Positions 45,862 through 55,043 of a stretch of 64,000 nt of DNA are shown piece by piece. The notes beneath the pieces were generated by a model that did no database searches, was not told the DNA's origin, and saw only the letters and a program-made list of their open reading frames with translations. The DNA is from Longimicrobiales bacterium. GTDB taxonomy: Bacteria > Gemmatimonadota > Gemmatimonadetes > Longimicrobiales > RSA9. The number at the start of each line of letters is the position of its first letter. Position 1 is the stretch's first letter. The position numbers and the translations under genes were made by a program. The stretch is taken from contig DASUXU010000128.1 of the NCBI GenBank assembly GCA_036377735.1, positions 1,851-65,850 of the forward strand. The letters run 5' to 3'.

Positions 45862-46599
45862 CTATGTCAACGCCCCGTTGTCGAAGTATGTGCGGTAGAC
45901 GGGCTCGAGCAGTGCGAGTCCCTTCCTGTACAGTGCCAGTGATGACGCGTGTGCCGGCGGATGCCCGCCGAGCGCGAGTGGCAGGATCGGCGCGAGCGAG
46001 CGCGAGCGCACTACCACGTCCGCCTCCGCAATCACCGGGGCACGCGCAATCACACCCGCGTATGCCACGAACAGATCGGCTATGTCCTGCGTCTCGAGGT
46101 CCGTGACGCCGTCGCCAACGAACATCACTGGACCCTTCAGCTCCCGGCGCCAGACCTCGAGCAGTGTGCGCTTGCCACCGCTCCGCGTGAGCGGCGAAGC
46201 CTGCTCGTATCCGGCGTAGCTGCCGTCGCCATTGAAGTAGGTGTCGACGGCGGCCACGTTGTGCGACTCAACGCCCAGTGCGTGCGCCACCGCCTCTACA
46301 GCCGGCCGGAGTCCGCCGCTCATGATGCGGACGCGGATCCCCTCGGCTTCGAGACAGCGGATCGTCTCCGCGGCATCCTCCACCACGCTCTCGACATACA
46401 GCTTCCCGAGCTGTGCGATCCGGTCGCGCGCCGGTGCGATGAGGGCGAGGCGGCGGCCGTACACCTCTTCCAGCCGTACATCACCGCGCATCGCAGCGTC
46501 GGTCAGCGCCTCGACCTCGGCGCGATGCTCGCGCGCCAGCTCGTCGATCCCTTCTATCGCGGTGAGCGTGGAATCGCAGTCGAAGACGACGGTGCCCAC
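45862..46599 (-). CDS. HAD-IB phosphoserine phosphatase-like hydrolase
   Basis: VVFDCDSTLT (DxDxT), SGGLRPAV and FVGDGVTDLE are HAD motifs. Confidence 0.75.
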   Translation of the reverse strand: MGTVVFDCDSTLTAIEGIDELAREHRAEVEALTDAAMRGDVRLEEVYGRRLALIAPARDRIAQLGKLYVESVVEDAAETIRCLEAEGIRVRIMSGGLRPAVEAVAHALGVESHNVAAVDTYFNGDGSYAGYEQASPLTRSGGKRTLLEVWRRELKGPVMFVGDGVTDLETQDIADLFVAYAGVIARAPVIAEADVVVRSRSLAPILPLALGGHPPAHASSLALYRKGLALLEPVYRTYFDNGALT

Positions 46600-46791
46600 C
46601 CGCCTGAGCCGGCGGGCCCGGCTGCTCCGGCCCAGACCAACATCATCATTGGCAGCAGTTATGGAATAGCCTCCCGGGAAACGCTCAAGATTGGACGGCC
46701 CGCCGGGAGCGGCAAGGCTGGAACCGGCCCCTGCGCCCCGTGTACGAGGGCGAATCCCCGAACCTTCCGCGCTTCTCCAGGAGCCGGTCCA

Positions 46792-49014
46792 ATGCCCCGT
46801 CGCATTCTGCTCGCCGCCGTGCTCCCGGTCCTGATCGTGATCGTGGTGGCCCGGCGGGCCTCAGCCCAGGACAGCCCGTTCGATGCGCGGGCCATGAAGG
46901 ATTCCCTGGCGCGCGTGACGGACCGGCGCGCCATCCGCTTGATCGAGGCACGCCACGCCGATCGCAGGTCTGCCGGCGACGCGCTGACCGCAGGATTTGC
47001 GGCGCTCCGGCTTTACGAGCTTTCGCACATCCGTGACGATGCCCGCAACGCCCGGCGCCACTTCTCCGAAGCACGCAGCCGGGATGCCCGGAGCCCCTGG
47101 CCCCTCTATGGCTGGGCGCTCGCCATGCTGCCCGAGGTGAAGGAGGACGGCGATCTCGGCCGCTTCGGCTTCGCCGGTGATGACGAGCTGATGAACGACC
47201 TCGGTCTCGATCCCCGGTCCCGGGCCAGGCGGGCGCTCGAACGCGCGGTGGAAATGGACCCGTCCTTTCCCGAGGCCGCCCGGCTGCTGTCGTCCCTGGC
47301 GGCCCAGACCCGCGACCGCGACGCGTCCGTCCTGGCACGCAACACACTGGCCGCCATCGCCGAGGACGACACCGCATCGGCCGCATCGAAGCTCGCGCTC
47401 GCACGCGCGGCCGAGGCCGTCGGCGAGCTCGAGACCGCCGCTGCCGCTGCACTCGCCGCAACCCGCGATTCGAATGCTGACAGCGCCGCCGTCGCACATC
47501 ACACCGCCGCACGCATCCTCCTGCGTCTGCCTGGACGCGAGAAGGAGGGCGCCAGCGAGTATTTTCTGGGATTGAACGACCTCACGCGGGACCGCGCAAA
47601 GCTGTACTACAGCGAGCTGCGCGGCATTGCGACCACAGGTGAGCTGCAGGAGCTCGAGCTGCTTCCCGCTGCACGCGCCGCCGACTGGATCCGCACGTTC
47701 TGGGACATGCATGCAGCACTGTCGGCCGTGACGGTTCCGATGCGGCTGTCCGAACACTTCTCACGGCTTGCAGTCGCGGAAACGCGGTTCCCCCGTCGCC
47801 AGAGGCACGGTGCGCCGGGAACGAACGCATTGCTGTACGAACGGCCCGAGTCTCCGTTCGACGACCGCGGCGTGATCTATATCCGTCACGGCGAGCCGCA
47901 GGACATCATCACCTCTTCCATCAATGAAGGTGACCGCCGCGTGGTGACGCAGTCCTGGATGTATCCGGACCTGGACGGCGAGCCGGTCATGTACCACTTC
48001 GTCGACGGCCGCAGTGAGAAGCCGGGGACGGCGGCCGCAGAGTGGTACCTGATGTACAACCTGCCGTGCGACTTCGACTACATGGCCGCTCGCGCGCAGT
48101 ACGACAAGAGGCTCACGCAGCTGATGCACCGGTGCGACGCGATGTCGGTTCGCGGCGTGAGCGTCCTCGTGCGCCGGGATGCGTATGACGGCCTCGCGAC
48201 CGAACGCGCCAATCCGGGATTCAAGGTGTCACTGCCCGCGACCTACGACACGTACACGTTCCGCAACCCCGCCGGCACCACCGATATCATCGTGGCGATG
48301 GGCATCGACGCTGCCGGCATGATCGCAGGCACGACCCCGGACGGCGCCCGCGCATATTCCGCAAATACGTCATTCGTCGTCGTCGACACTGCCATGCGCT
48401 CGGTTTTCCGTGCCGACACCGTGCTGCGCGCTGCCGCGGACGTGCACGCCGGAGCGGGCAGTGTGCTGCGTGGCGAAGTCTACCTGAACGTGAAGCCGGG
48501 CCCGGGTATGGTGCACCGCGCGTCGATCATCGATGCGAATGCACCGGATCGCGGACAGATCTACGGCGGCCCTGTTGTCGTTCCGGACTACCGCGGACAG
48601 CGTCTCATGATGAGCGACGTCGTCCTTGCCGTTCCCGACACCGCCGGCTCGTTCAGGCGTGGTGACGTCAGTCTGACGACGGTGCCGTGGCAGGCCTTCG
48701 AGCGTGGCGCGTTCCGCATCTTCTACGAGCTCTACAACATGCCGGCGGGCGCGTCCTACACGACCGAAGTAAAGGTGGAGGGGATCGGCGGCGGCATCAC
48801 GGGTGCCGTGCGCGACCTGTTCGGCCGGCGTCCGCCGGTCAGCCTGCGGTTCACCGACCAGGCGCCCGCCGATGGCGGGGTGATTCAGCAGGTGCGCGAC
48901 GCGCAGGCAGATCTGGGTCCCGGAGAGTACAAGCTGACCGTCACGATCACTGATCCTGCCGGCAACCGCGTGACACGCGAGCGTGTGCTCACGGTGATGA
49001 AGCCCGGCAGCTGA
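46792..49014 (+). CDS. GWxTD-domain family protein with TPR-like N-terminal region (paralogue 2), secreted
   Basis: ATG 46792 sits inside ORF 45949..49014(+) and gives the signal MPRRILLAAVLPVLIVIVVARRASA. The core is FWDMH...FDDRGVIYIRHGEP...QSWMY. The C-terminus is paralogous to 38760..41243. Confidence 0.65.
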   Translation: MPRRILLAAVLPVLIVIVVARRASAQDSPFDARAMKDSLARVTDRRAIRLIEARHADRRSAGDALTAGFAALRLYELSHIRDDARNARRHFSEARSRDARSPWPLYGWALAMLPEVKEDGDLGRFGFAGDDELMNDLGLDPRSRARRALERAVEMDPSFPEAARLLSSLAAQTRDRDASVLARNTLAAIAEDDTASAASKLALARAAEAVGELETAAAAALAATRDSNADSAAVAHHTAARILLRLPGREKEGASEYFLGLNDLTRDRAKLYYSELRGIATTGELQELELLPAARAADWIRTFWDMHAALSAVTVPMRLSEHFSRLAVAETRFPRRQRHGAPGTNALLYERPESPFDDRGVIYIRHGEPQDIITSSINEGDRRVVTQSWMYPDLDGEPVMYHFVDGRSEKPGTAAAEWYLMYNLPCDFDYMAARAQYDKRLTQLMHRCDAMSVRGVSVLVRRDAYDGLATERANPGFKVSLPATYDTYTFRNPAGTTDIIVAMGIDAAGMIAGTTPDGARAYSANTSFVVVDTAMRSVFRADTVLRAAADVHAGAGSVLRGEVYLNVKPGPGMVHRASIIDANAPDRGQIYGGPVVVPDYRGQRLMMSDVVLAVPDTAGSFRRGDVSLTTVPWQAFERGAFRIFYELYNMPAGASYTTEVKVEGIGGGITGAVRDLFGRRPPVSLRFTDQAPADGGVIQQVRDAQADLGPGEYKLTVTITDPAGNRVTRERVLTVMKPGS

Positions 49015-49023
49015 AAGGCGGAT

Positions 49024-50190
49024 CTACAGATCGAGCAGCTCTACACTGGCGCCCGGCGCAGCGCGGCAGACGTGCGGCTGCGCTTCACGGCCGGTGCGCG
49101 CACGGTATTCGGCCGGCACGCGCTCCAGGAATTCGTCTACGGCATCCTCTTCCACAACGGATACCGTGCATCCTCCGAAGCCCGCGCCCGTCAGCCGGCT
49201 GCCGAGCACGCCCGGAATCGCGCGTGCGATGTCCACCAGCGCGTCGATTTCGGGGGTGGACACGTCGTAATCGTCGCGCAGCGTTTCATGCGACTGCGAC
49301 AGCAGGTCGCCGAGCCGGTGCAGCTCGCCGTGCTCCAGCGCATCGACCGCCGCGTGCGTGCGTGCGATCTCGCTCACCACGTGCTTCGCCCTGCGGTGAA
49401 GGATCTCACCGAGCTCGGCACTTCCGGCCTCCACGACATCGGGTCTTGCGTCGCGCAGTGTCCGAACACCCAGGCGCCGGGCGGCATCCCGCGTCTCGCG
49501 CACACGCTGGTTGTATTCGGTGTCGTGCAGACTCCGCCGGATGCCGCTGTCGGTTGCAATGATGCGGACATTGTCGGGGATCGGCACGAGCTGGTAATCG
49601 AGGGACCGGCAGTCCAGGAAGATGGCGTGATCTTCTGCGCCGCACACCGACGCGAACGGGTCCATCACACCGCATGACACGCCTGCGAAGTCGCGCTCGA
49701 CGGCGCACGCGATCTCGATGAGCTGGAGTGGTGGTACCCTGGTCTCCGTCAGCGAGAGCAGCGCGTTGCACACGGCGACGACCAGCGCTGCGGAGGATGA
49801 AAGACCCGCACCTTCCGCGATGTCCCCCGCAATCGAGAGGCTTGCACCGGGTACCCGGATGCCCGCCTCGTCCAGCAGCTTCGCCGCCCCACGCACATAC
49901 GACTGCCAGCCGACGGATCGGCCGAGCTCCGCTGCACTGAAGCGGATACGCTGTTCATGGTCAGCGGCGAACGCGTGGATCTCGCTGTCCGGCCGCGGCG
50001 CCGCAACCACCACCACGTCCCGGTCGATCGCTATGGGCAGCACGAAGCCTTCGCTGTAGTCCACGTGCTCACCGATGAGGTTGATGCGGCCGGGCGCGCG
50101 CGACACCAGCACTGGCTCTCCCTCGAGCACACCCCGGAACGCGCTCATTGCACGCTCGGACGCAAATCGCTCGGAGGTTCGGCGCTGCAT
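49024..50190 (-). CDS. galK: Galactokinase
   Basis: ORF 49024..50421(-). ATG 50190 overlaps the upstream stop by 1 nt. APGRINLIGEHVDY and GAGLSSSAALVVA (GHMP) are galactokinase motifs. Confidence 0.9.
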   Translation of the reverse strand: MQRRTSERFASERAMSAFRGVLEGEPVLVSRAPGRINLIGEHVDYSEGFVLPIAIDRDVVVVAAPRPDSEIHAFAADHEQRIRFSAAELGRSVGWQSYVRGAAKLLDEAGIRVPGASLSIAGDIAEGAGLSSSAALVVAVCNALLSLTETRVPPLQLIEIACAVERDFAGVSCGVMDPFASVCGAEDHAIFLDCRSLDYQLVPIPDNVRIIATDSGIRRSLHDTEYNQRVRETRDAARRLGVRTLRDARPDVVEAGSAELGEILHRRAKHVVSEIARTHAAVDALEHGELHRLGDLLSQSHETLRDDYDVSTPEIDALVDIARAIPGVLGSRLTGAGFGGCTVSVVEEDAVDEFLERVPAEYRARTGREAQPHVCRAAPGASVELLDL

Positions 50191-51095
50191 CAGAAGAACC
50201 TGCCGGATAGCTCGATCTGCACGAGCTGCTCCTTCGTGAGGAAGAACTCGCCCATCGTCGACGGACCGGTGAAATAGCGAGCGGAGAGGCGCAGCTCCCG
50301 CTCCCGCCTGAACCCCACACCGCCGAGAATGGCTGCAGCACCCCGCCAGTTCGTGCGCTGCGCTGCCTGCCAGTCCACGCCGCCATGTATGCCGACGTGG
50401 CCACCGGCCCATGGATACCACTCGCCATCGGCGCCCGCCTGTACCGTGTAGCGGTCATCCCGCCCGAGCGCCTGGAGCACAGCCGTCGCCGCGGTATTCG
50501 AATGGAAGATCCACGAGCCGCCGCCATAGAGCCGGACCGCGCCGGGCGCGCGATACGCGATGAGTCCCTCGAGACCTTCGCCGCCGAATTCGATGCGTCT
50601 CGCACCGGTCTGCTCGCTGAACTCGTCGCCGAGATGAGAGCTGCGGTGGTGGATCCGCACCCGCGCGGAGACATCGGCTTTCCGGACTTCCGCTCCGCCA
50701 CCCACTACCCAGTCCTGTCCCATGTCGTCGCGGCTGGGGTTCTCGATGCGGAAGCGTGAGAAGACGCCGGCGTGTCCCGTGAGATTGATACCGCCGTCCG
50801 CCCACACCGCCAGCGCAACAATGGGAAAGCTCAACCCGATACCCACGGCCGCTACGACGTCGTCTGCGCTGTCTTCGGCGTCGGGCAGCTCGAACGGCGG
50901 CCGCTCCGGACCCTGCCGTTCAAGTATGTCGGTGCGGATCAGGCCGAGGGTGAAGCGCGGTTCCAGCGGGTCGGCTACGAGCGCGTCGAAATAGCGGGTG
51001 GCGGGGAGAAACCGTTGCCAGCCCGCCTGGGCGCGCAACGGACTGACTGGAGTGAGGAGAACGATGCCGGCAATGGCAGTAACGACTCGTCGCAT
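50190..51095 (-). CDS. DUF1207 domain protein, probable outer-membrane associated
   Basis: A signal peptide is present. HHRSSHLGDEF is DUF1207-like. The C-terminus ELSGRFF resembles an OMP terminal-Phe signature. Confidence 0.65.
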   Translation of the reverse strand: MRRVVTAIAGIVLLTPVSPLRAQAGWQRFLPATRYFDALVADPLEPRFTLGLIRTDILERQGPERPPFELPDAEDSADDVVAAVGIGLSFPIVALAVWADGGINLTGHAGVFSRFRIENPSRDDMGQDWVVGGGAEVRKADVSARVRIHHRSSHLGDEFSEQTGARRIEFGGEGLEGLIAYRAPGAVRLYGGGSWIFHSNTAATAVLQALGRDDRYTVQAGADGEWYPWAGGHVGIHGGVDWQAAQRTNWRGAAAILGGVGFRRERELRLSARYFTGPSTMGEFFLTKEQLVQIELSGRFF

Positions 51096-51188
51096 TAGCT
51101 GTTTCCCGTTTCGCTACGTTGCGCGCGCGCGGCCTGTTCAGCATTCTGCCCACGTTCGTTCGCACCTGTCAAGAAAGCACTGCGCTGC

Positions 51189-52856
51189 ATGGAAGCCGTC
51201 GCCCGCAAGTCCGCGCTCGTCCTGCCGAACCGGCCGGAAGGCAGCGGCTCCCTTTCCTTCCGGTCTGCGCCGCTCCGGCGGGACCTGCTGGCCACCGATC
51301 CCTTCTCCATCGCCGGTCGCCATGCGCATGCGTTCGGCCGCGCCGACCGCGGCATTGCGGACCTCGAGATCCGCGAGCAGTCCGCGCTTCACGATCTGCA
51401 CGTGCAGCACTCCGTATTCGAGCGCGGCGTCATTACGTCTCTCGGTCTCGAGCGCACACTCCGCTCCGGCAACTCGGTCGTCACGGAGCACGCGGTCATA
51501 CTGCCGGACGCGGCCGCGCTCACGATGGAGTGGACATCAGCGGTCGGCACGTCGATCGATCTCGCGTGGCGTCACGAGGCGAGGCTCGGACCGGGCTGCA
51601 TCCAGTGGAATTCGTCACAGGACGGCCTGATCGTCGAGCTGGCCGGCGGCCTGACCATCGCCTGCATGTTCTCCGTGCCGGTTGTCGCACTCGATGTCGT
51701 TCCGACCACGGACCGTGCGCGCGGCATTGCCGCCATCGACGTGCATGCGCGCCTGGCCCTGCCCGCGCCCGGCATCCGCATGCACATTGCCGGCGCTGCA
51801 ATTGCAGACGGCGACCGCGCCCTGGACAGCACGCTCGCGTCGCTGCGCAACGTCATGCCGCTCACGAGGTCGCTGGCCGCGAGACAGGTGCAGCGCGCGC
51901 ACGCGGGGATTTCGATCGCATCACCGGAGCCCGGCCTTGACGAGGCCGTGGAGTGGGCCAAGCAGCGCATCGCAGTCGCGCCACTGGAGCCGAAGCGGCC
52001 GATCGACGCACTTGCAGCTGCACTGGGCGCGCTCGGCGCCAATGATGCAGATGTCGCACGTGCGATGATCGGCCGTCTTGCGAAATCACCCGCGGACTAC
52101 CTGATCGCGCTCGCCCATTACTTCGCCTGGTCCGGTGATGCTCCGTTCGTCGGCATGGAGTGGGAACGCGCGCAGGCGGCCGTGCACGAGCTGCTGCGCA
52201 CGGGTCCCGACGGGGAGCCCGCGCTCTGGGTGGAAGCCGTGTCGCGCATCGCGGCGGTCGCGCGCGATGTCGGTCAGACCGCGTTCGCCACCGACCTCGA
52301 CACCGTCGTGCGACGTGAGCGCATCGTCCATGCAGCCACGCTGCGCGAAAGCCACTGGCTCGCCGCTGCTGACCACCCCGCAACCACGGCCTGGCTGCAT
52401 TTTGCGCGCGGCGAAGATGTCCGCGCGCTACGGCGCCTCGAAAACGCGGTCGCACGCGCGCGCTACGACCTTACCGACCCCGCCCGCGTCCTGGTCCCCG
52501 TCTGTCTCGGCCTGCTCGGCCTCGAGCCCGATGCCACCCGCGGCCGAATCAGGATCCGGCCGCGCCTGCCCGACGCATGGTCCTATCTCGATGTCCGCGG
52601 TATCCCCATTGGCGATGCCGCCGTCGCCATGCGATGGCAGCGGCAGCGCGGCCGCCACGTCTTCACTTTCCGGCAGGAGCGCGGGCCTGTCCCGCTTCGT
52701 CTTATTTTCGAGCCGCTCCTTCAGCCCGCTGCGCGACTCGTCGCAGCAGTCGACGGTGTCGCCGCCACGCTCGACGCCGTGCCGCACCACGGCCGGATGA
52801 TGGTCCCCGTCCAGCTCGCCCTGGATGCGGAGCGCGTCATTACCATGGAGACGTGA
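51189..52856 (+). CDS. Hypothetical protein, possibly a glycoside-hydrolase-like (alpha/alpha)6 fold
   Basis: This is a 555-aa ORF. The C-terminal pattern RIRPRLPDAWSYLDVRGIPIG resembles debranching-enzyme-type C-terminal sandwiches. The function is not established. Confidence 0.4.
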   Translation: MEAVARKSALVLPNRPEGSGSLSFRSAPLRRDLLATDPFSIAGRHAHAFGRADRGIADLEIREQSALHDLHVQHSVFERGVITSLGLERTLRSGNSVVTEHAVILPDAAALTMEWTSAVGTSIDLAWRHEARLGPGCIQWNSSQDGLIVELAGGLTIACMFSVPVVALDVVPTTDRARGIAAIDVHARLALPAPGIRMHIAGAAIADGDRALDSTLASLRNVMPLTRSLAARQVQRAHAGISIASPEPGLDEAVEWAKQRIAVAPLEPKRPIDALAAALGALGANDADVARAMIGRLAKSPADYLIALAHYFAWSGDAPFVGMEWERAQAAVHELLRTGPDGEPALWVEAVSRIAAVARDVGQTAFATDLDTVVRRERIVHAATLRESHWLAAADHPATTAWLHFARGEDVRALRRLENAVARARYDLTDPARVLVPVCLGLLGLEPDATRGRIRIRPRLPDAWSYLDVRGIPIGDAAVAMRWQRQRGRHVFTFRQERGPVPLRLIFEPLLQPAARLVAAVDGVAATLDAVPHHGRMMVPVQLALDAERVITMET

Positions 52857-52868
52857 TCGGTGACCGGC

Positions 52869-52904
52869 AAAAAAAAATCCGCCCCGGCGGTGCCGGAGCG
52901 GATT
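52869..52904 (-). terminator. Rho-independent terminator (minus strand)
   Basis: On the minus strand, AATCCGC...GCGGATT forms a hairpin (52876-52904) followed by a U9 tract (A9 at 52869-52877 on the plus strand). It lies downstream of the 52926..53117 gene. Confidence 0.75.
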
Positions 52905-52925
52905 CTCATGATTGTTGTCCCTGCC

Positions 52926-53117
52926 TCAGCGGGCGGCCATGCGTCCGTCGCCGGCCAGCAGCCGGCGCAGGTACTTCGGTCTGTCCGGCACAGCTTCCTT
53001 GATGATCGAGCGGGCGTAAGTGATTCGCTCTTCGTCCGTTAGCGTATCGACAACCGAGATCGGGGCGCCGTAGCGCAGGAGCAGCCGCTTGGCGTCCTTC
53101 GCGACATTATCGTCCAT
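52926..53117 (-). CDS. Small hypothetical protein (63 aa)
   Basis: The ORF is followed by a canonical intrinsic terminator. No family was recognised. Confidence 0.5.
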   Translation of the reverse strand: MDDNVAKDAKRLLLRYGAPISVVDTLTDEERITYARSIIKEAVPDRPKYLRRLLAGDGRMAAR

Positions 53118-53257
53118 CGGGCCTCCACGGAGGGGTGGTATTCAGAACGTGAATCTACCCGCTCTGCCATGGTTCATCAATGGCACAAAGTGCTCCGCGA
53201 CGGGCGCGGCCATTGCATGACAGCACAGTGGCCGGCGCATGCCGGTAATCGGGAGGG

Positions 53258-54319
53258 GTGATGCGGAGAATAGTCGAACAGTACAAACAGAAGCGGGCCC
53301 GTGAGAAATTCATGCCTCACGCCCGCCGTCAGGGCAGAGGCACGACACAGAAGGCGGCGATTGCTGCATTGGTCCTGATCCTGGCCGCGAGTGCAGCACT
53401 TTCACTGCGCGGCCGCGGCTCTGAGACCGATGCCTTCGTCGCAGCCGTGCGGAAGGACAGGATCGACGCGCTGGACCTCATCGCGCGCGCCAGTGAGTCC
53501 CGCCGCCTGGTCTTCCTGGCGGATGTGCCGTCCGCGGCCGCACCCAAACGGCTCGCGGCCGCCGCCGTGGAGCGCCTCGCAAAGGGCAGCGGGCTGGACG
53601 TGGTCGGGCTCGAGATCGATGCCGCCGAGCAGCCCTGGATCGACCGCTACCTCTCCACACCGCAGGAGGACGCGTCCCTTCTCATGGCGCGCCCACGCCT
53701 CGTGCACGATGCGGAAGGCGTAGGCCGCGACTATGCCGAGATCCTCCGCGCAGTTCGCCGCATGAACGACCAGCTCGGCGCCGATCGCCGCATCCGCGTC
53801 GTCGCGCTCGATCCTGCGGGATGGCCGCCTGCCAGCGGTGAATCACCGAGTGCGGCCGCACAGCGCTTCGGGCAGCGCGATGCTGCCATGGCGGACGCAC
53901 TCCGCCCGGTCCTGGAAGCGGGGCCCAAGTCGCGTGCACTCATCTTTGTCGGGGGACTTCACGTACTGAAGAGCGGCAGCGGCACTGTGCAGACCGGCGG
54001 CACACGCACTGTCGAGACGCAGTGGCTCGCCGGACGGCTGAGTCAGACCTATCCGCAGGACGTGTTCACGATTCTCGTCGATGCGACGCCGTCGCGGATT
54101 TCATCCACCCCCGTCGCCGCCTACCGCGGTACCGCCGCCGGCCCCGTCCTGCGGGACGCCGGACTCCCTGCCGGCACCGCCGTCCTCGTCTCCGACGACT
54201 TCAACTTCACCCGCGAGCCCATCCGTGTGACCGACAAGCCCGGGATTCAGTTCGGATTCACCCCGCAGGATCTCACATTCAGCGCGATTGCCGACGGTTA
54301 CGTATTCCTCGGAAGCTGA
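53258..54319 (+). CDS. Hypothetical membrane-anchored protein, weak ChaN/Tiki-like resemblance
   Basis: GTG 53258 / ATG 53261 follows GGGAGGGG. One N-terminal TM helix is present (AAIAALVLILAASAAL). The pattern RLVFLADVPS...GLEIDAAEQPWIDRYL resembles ChaN-type proteins but lacks the usual His. Confidence 0.45.
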   Translation: MMRRIVEQYKQKRAREKFMPHARRQGRGTTQKAAIAALVLILAASAALSLRGRGSETDAFVAAVRKDRIDALDLIARASESRRLVFLADVPSAAAPKRLAAAAVERLAKGSGLDVVGLEIDAAEQPWIDRYLSTPQEDASLLMARPRLVHDAEGVGRDYAEILRAVRRMNDQLGADRRIRVVALDPAGWPPASGESPSAAAQRFGQRDAAMADALRPVLEAGPKSRALIFVGGLHVLKSGSGTVQTGGTRTVETQWLAGRLSQTYPQDVFTILVDATPSRISSTPVAAYRGTAAGPVLRDAGLPAGTAVLVSDDFNFTREPIRVTDKPGIQFGFTPQDLTFSAIADGYVFLGS

Positions 54320-54322
54320 ACG

Positions 54323-54724
54323 CTACAGCAGCCGCGTCCGCTCCTCGGTAATGGCGCCGCGGCCCGCCTGACCAACTGCGCCCGCGCGCATCGTGTTGTC
54401 CGTGCGTTCGTCCCGATCGTCCGCATCGCGCGTTGCGCTCCGGTCCGACGCCGTCATGCCTTCCTCGAGATTGCTCGCATGTGCCCCGATCCCCGCCTGC
54501 CGGGCCGGCGGCACATCCTGCACGCGCGCCGCTTCTTCGACCAGCTGACCCATGAACTTCTCCATCTGCCGACTGTTCATCAGCGTTGCCAGATGGCCGA
54601 CCAGACCGAGACACAGCGTCGCACGATCGGGGACCGTCAGCCGATCACGGATGCTGTGCATGATCTCGCGGATCGCTGCGTTGTCCCGCGTTTCGCTTTC
54701 CGTCGTGCGTGATTCCTGGGTCAT
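54323..54724 (-). CDS. Hypothetical protein co-transcribed with copZ
   Basis: ATG 54724 overlaps the copZ stop (ATGA). The N-half is helical and the C-half is low-complexity and acidic. Confidence 0.5.
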   Translation of the reverse strand: MTQESRTTESETRDNAAIREIMHSIRDRLTVPDRATLCLGLVGHLATLMNSRQMEKFMGQLVEEAARVQDVPPARQAGIGAHASNLEEGMTASDRSATRDADDRDERTDNTMRAGAVGQAGRGAITEERTRLL

Positions 54725-54936
54725 GCCACCTCCTCAGCCATGTAGCCTTCGTTCATCACGGCCGTGGCGAGCGCGCGGGGTGACGTCTGCGCCTCATCGT
54801 ATTCCACCACTGCGCGACCGTTCTGCAGCTCGACGCGTGCATCGCTCACACCGCCAATACTGCGCAGCGCGTTCGTGACCGCCTTCTCGCAGTGTCCGCA
54901 CGTCATCCCCGTCACCTTCAACACCGCCCTGGCCAT
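54721..54936 (-). CDS. copZ: Heavy-metal-associated (HMA) copper chaperone
   Basis: It carries the MTCGHCEKAV metal-binding motif and is 71 aa long. Confidence 0.85.
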   Translation of the reverse strand: MARAVLKVTGMTCGHCEKAVTNALRSIGGVSDARVELQNGRAVVEYDEAQTSPRALATAVMNEGYMAEEVA

Positions 54937-55043
54937 ATTCTTTTCTCCTGTCCCTGAGTGCCTTGCCAGAATCGGACCGCCAATGGTCCAGCGCCGGGGT
55001 ACCGGCCGCTTTGTGGCACTGTGCTTGAATATCTACGCCGTAT

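Noticed and set aside
45949-46791. 281-codon N-terminal extension of the 1021-aa ORF leading into GWxTD paralogue 2
   Set aside because: The extension runs antisense through the serB-like gene and is Arg-rich. A proper signal peptide begins at ATG 46792.
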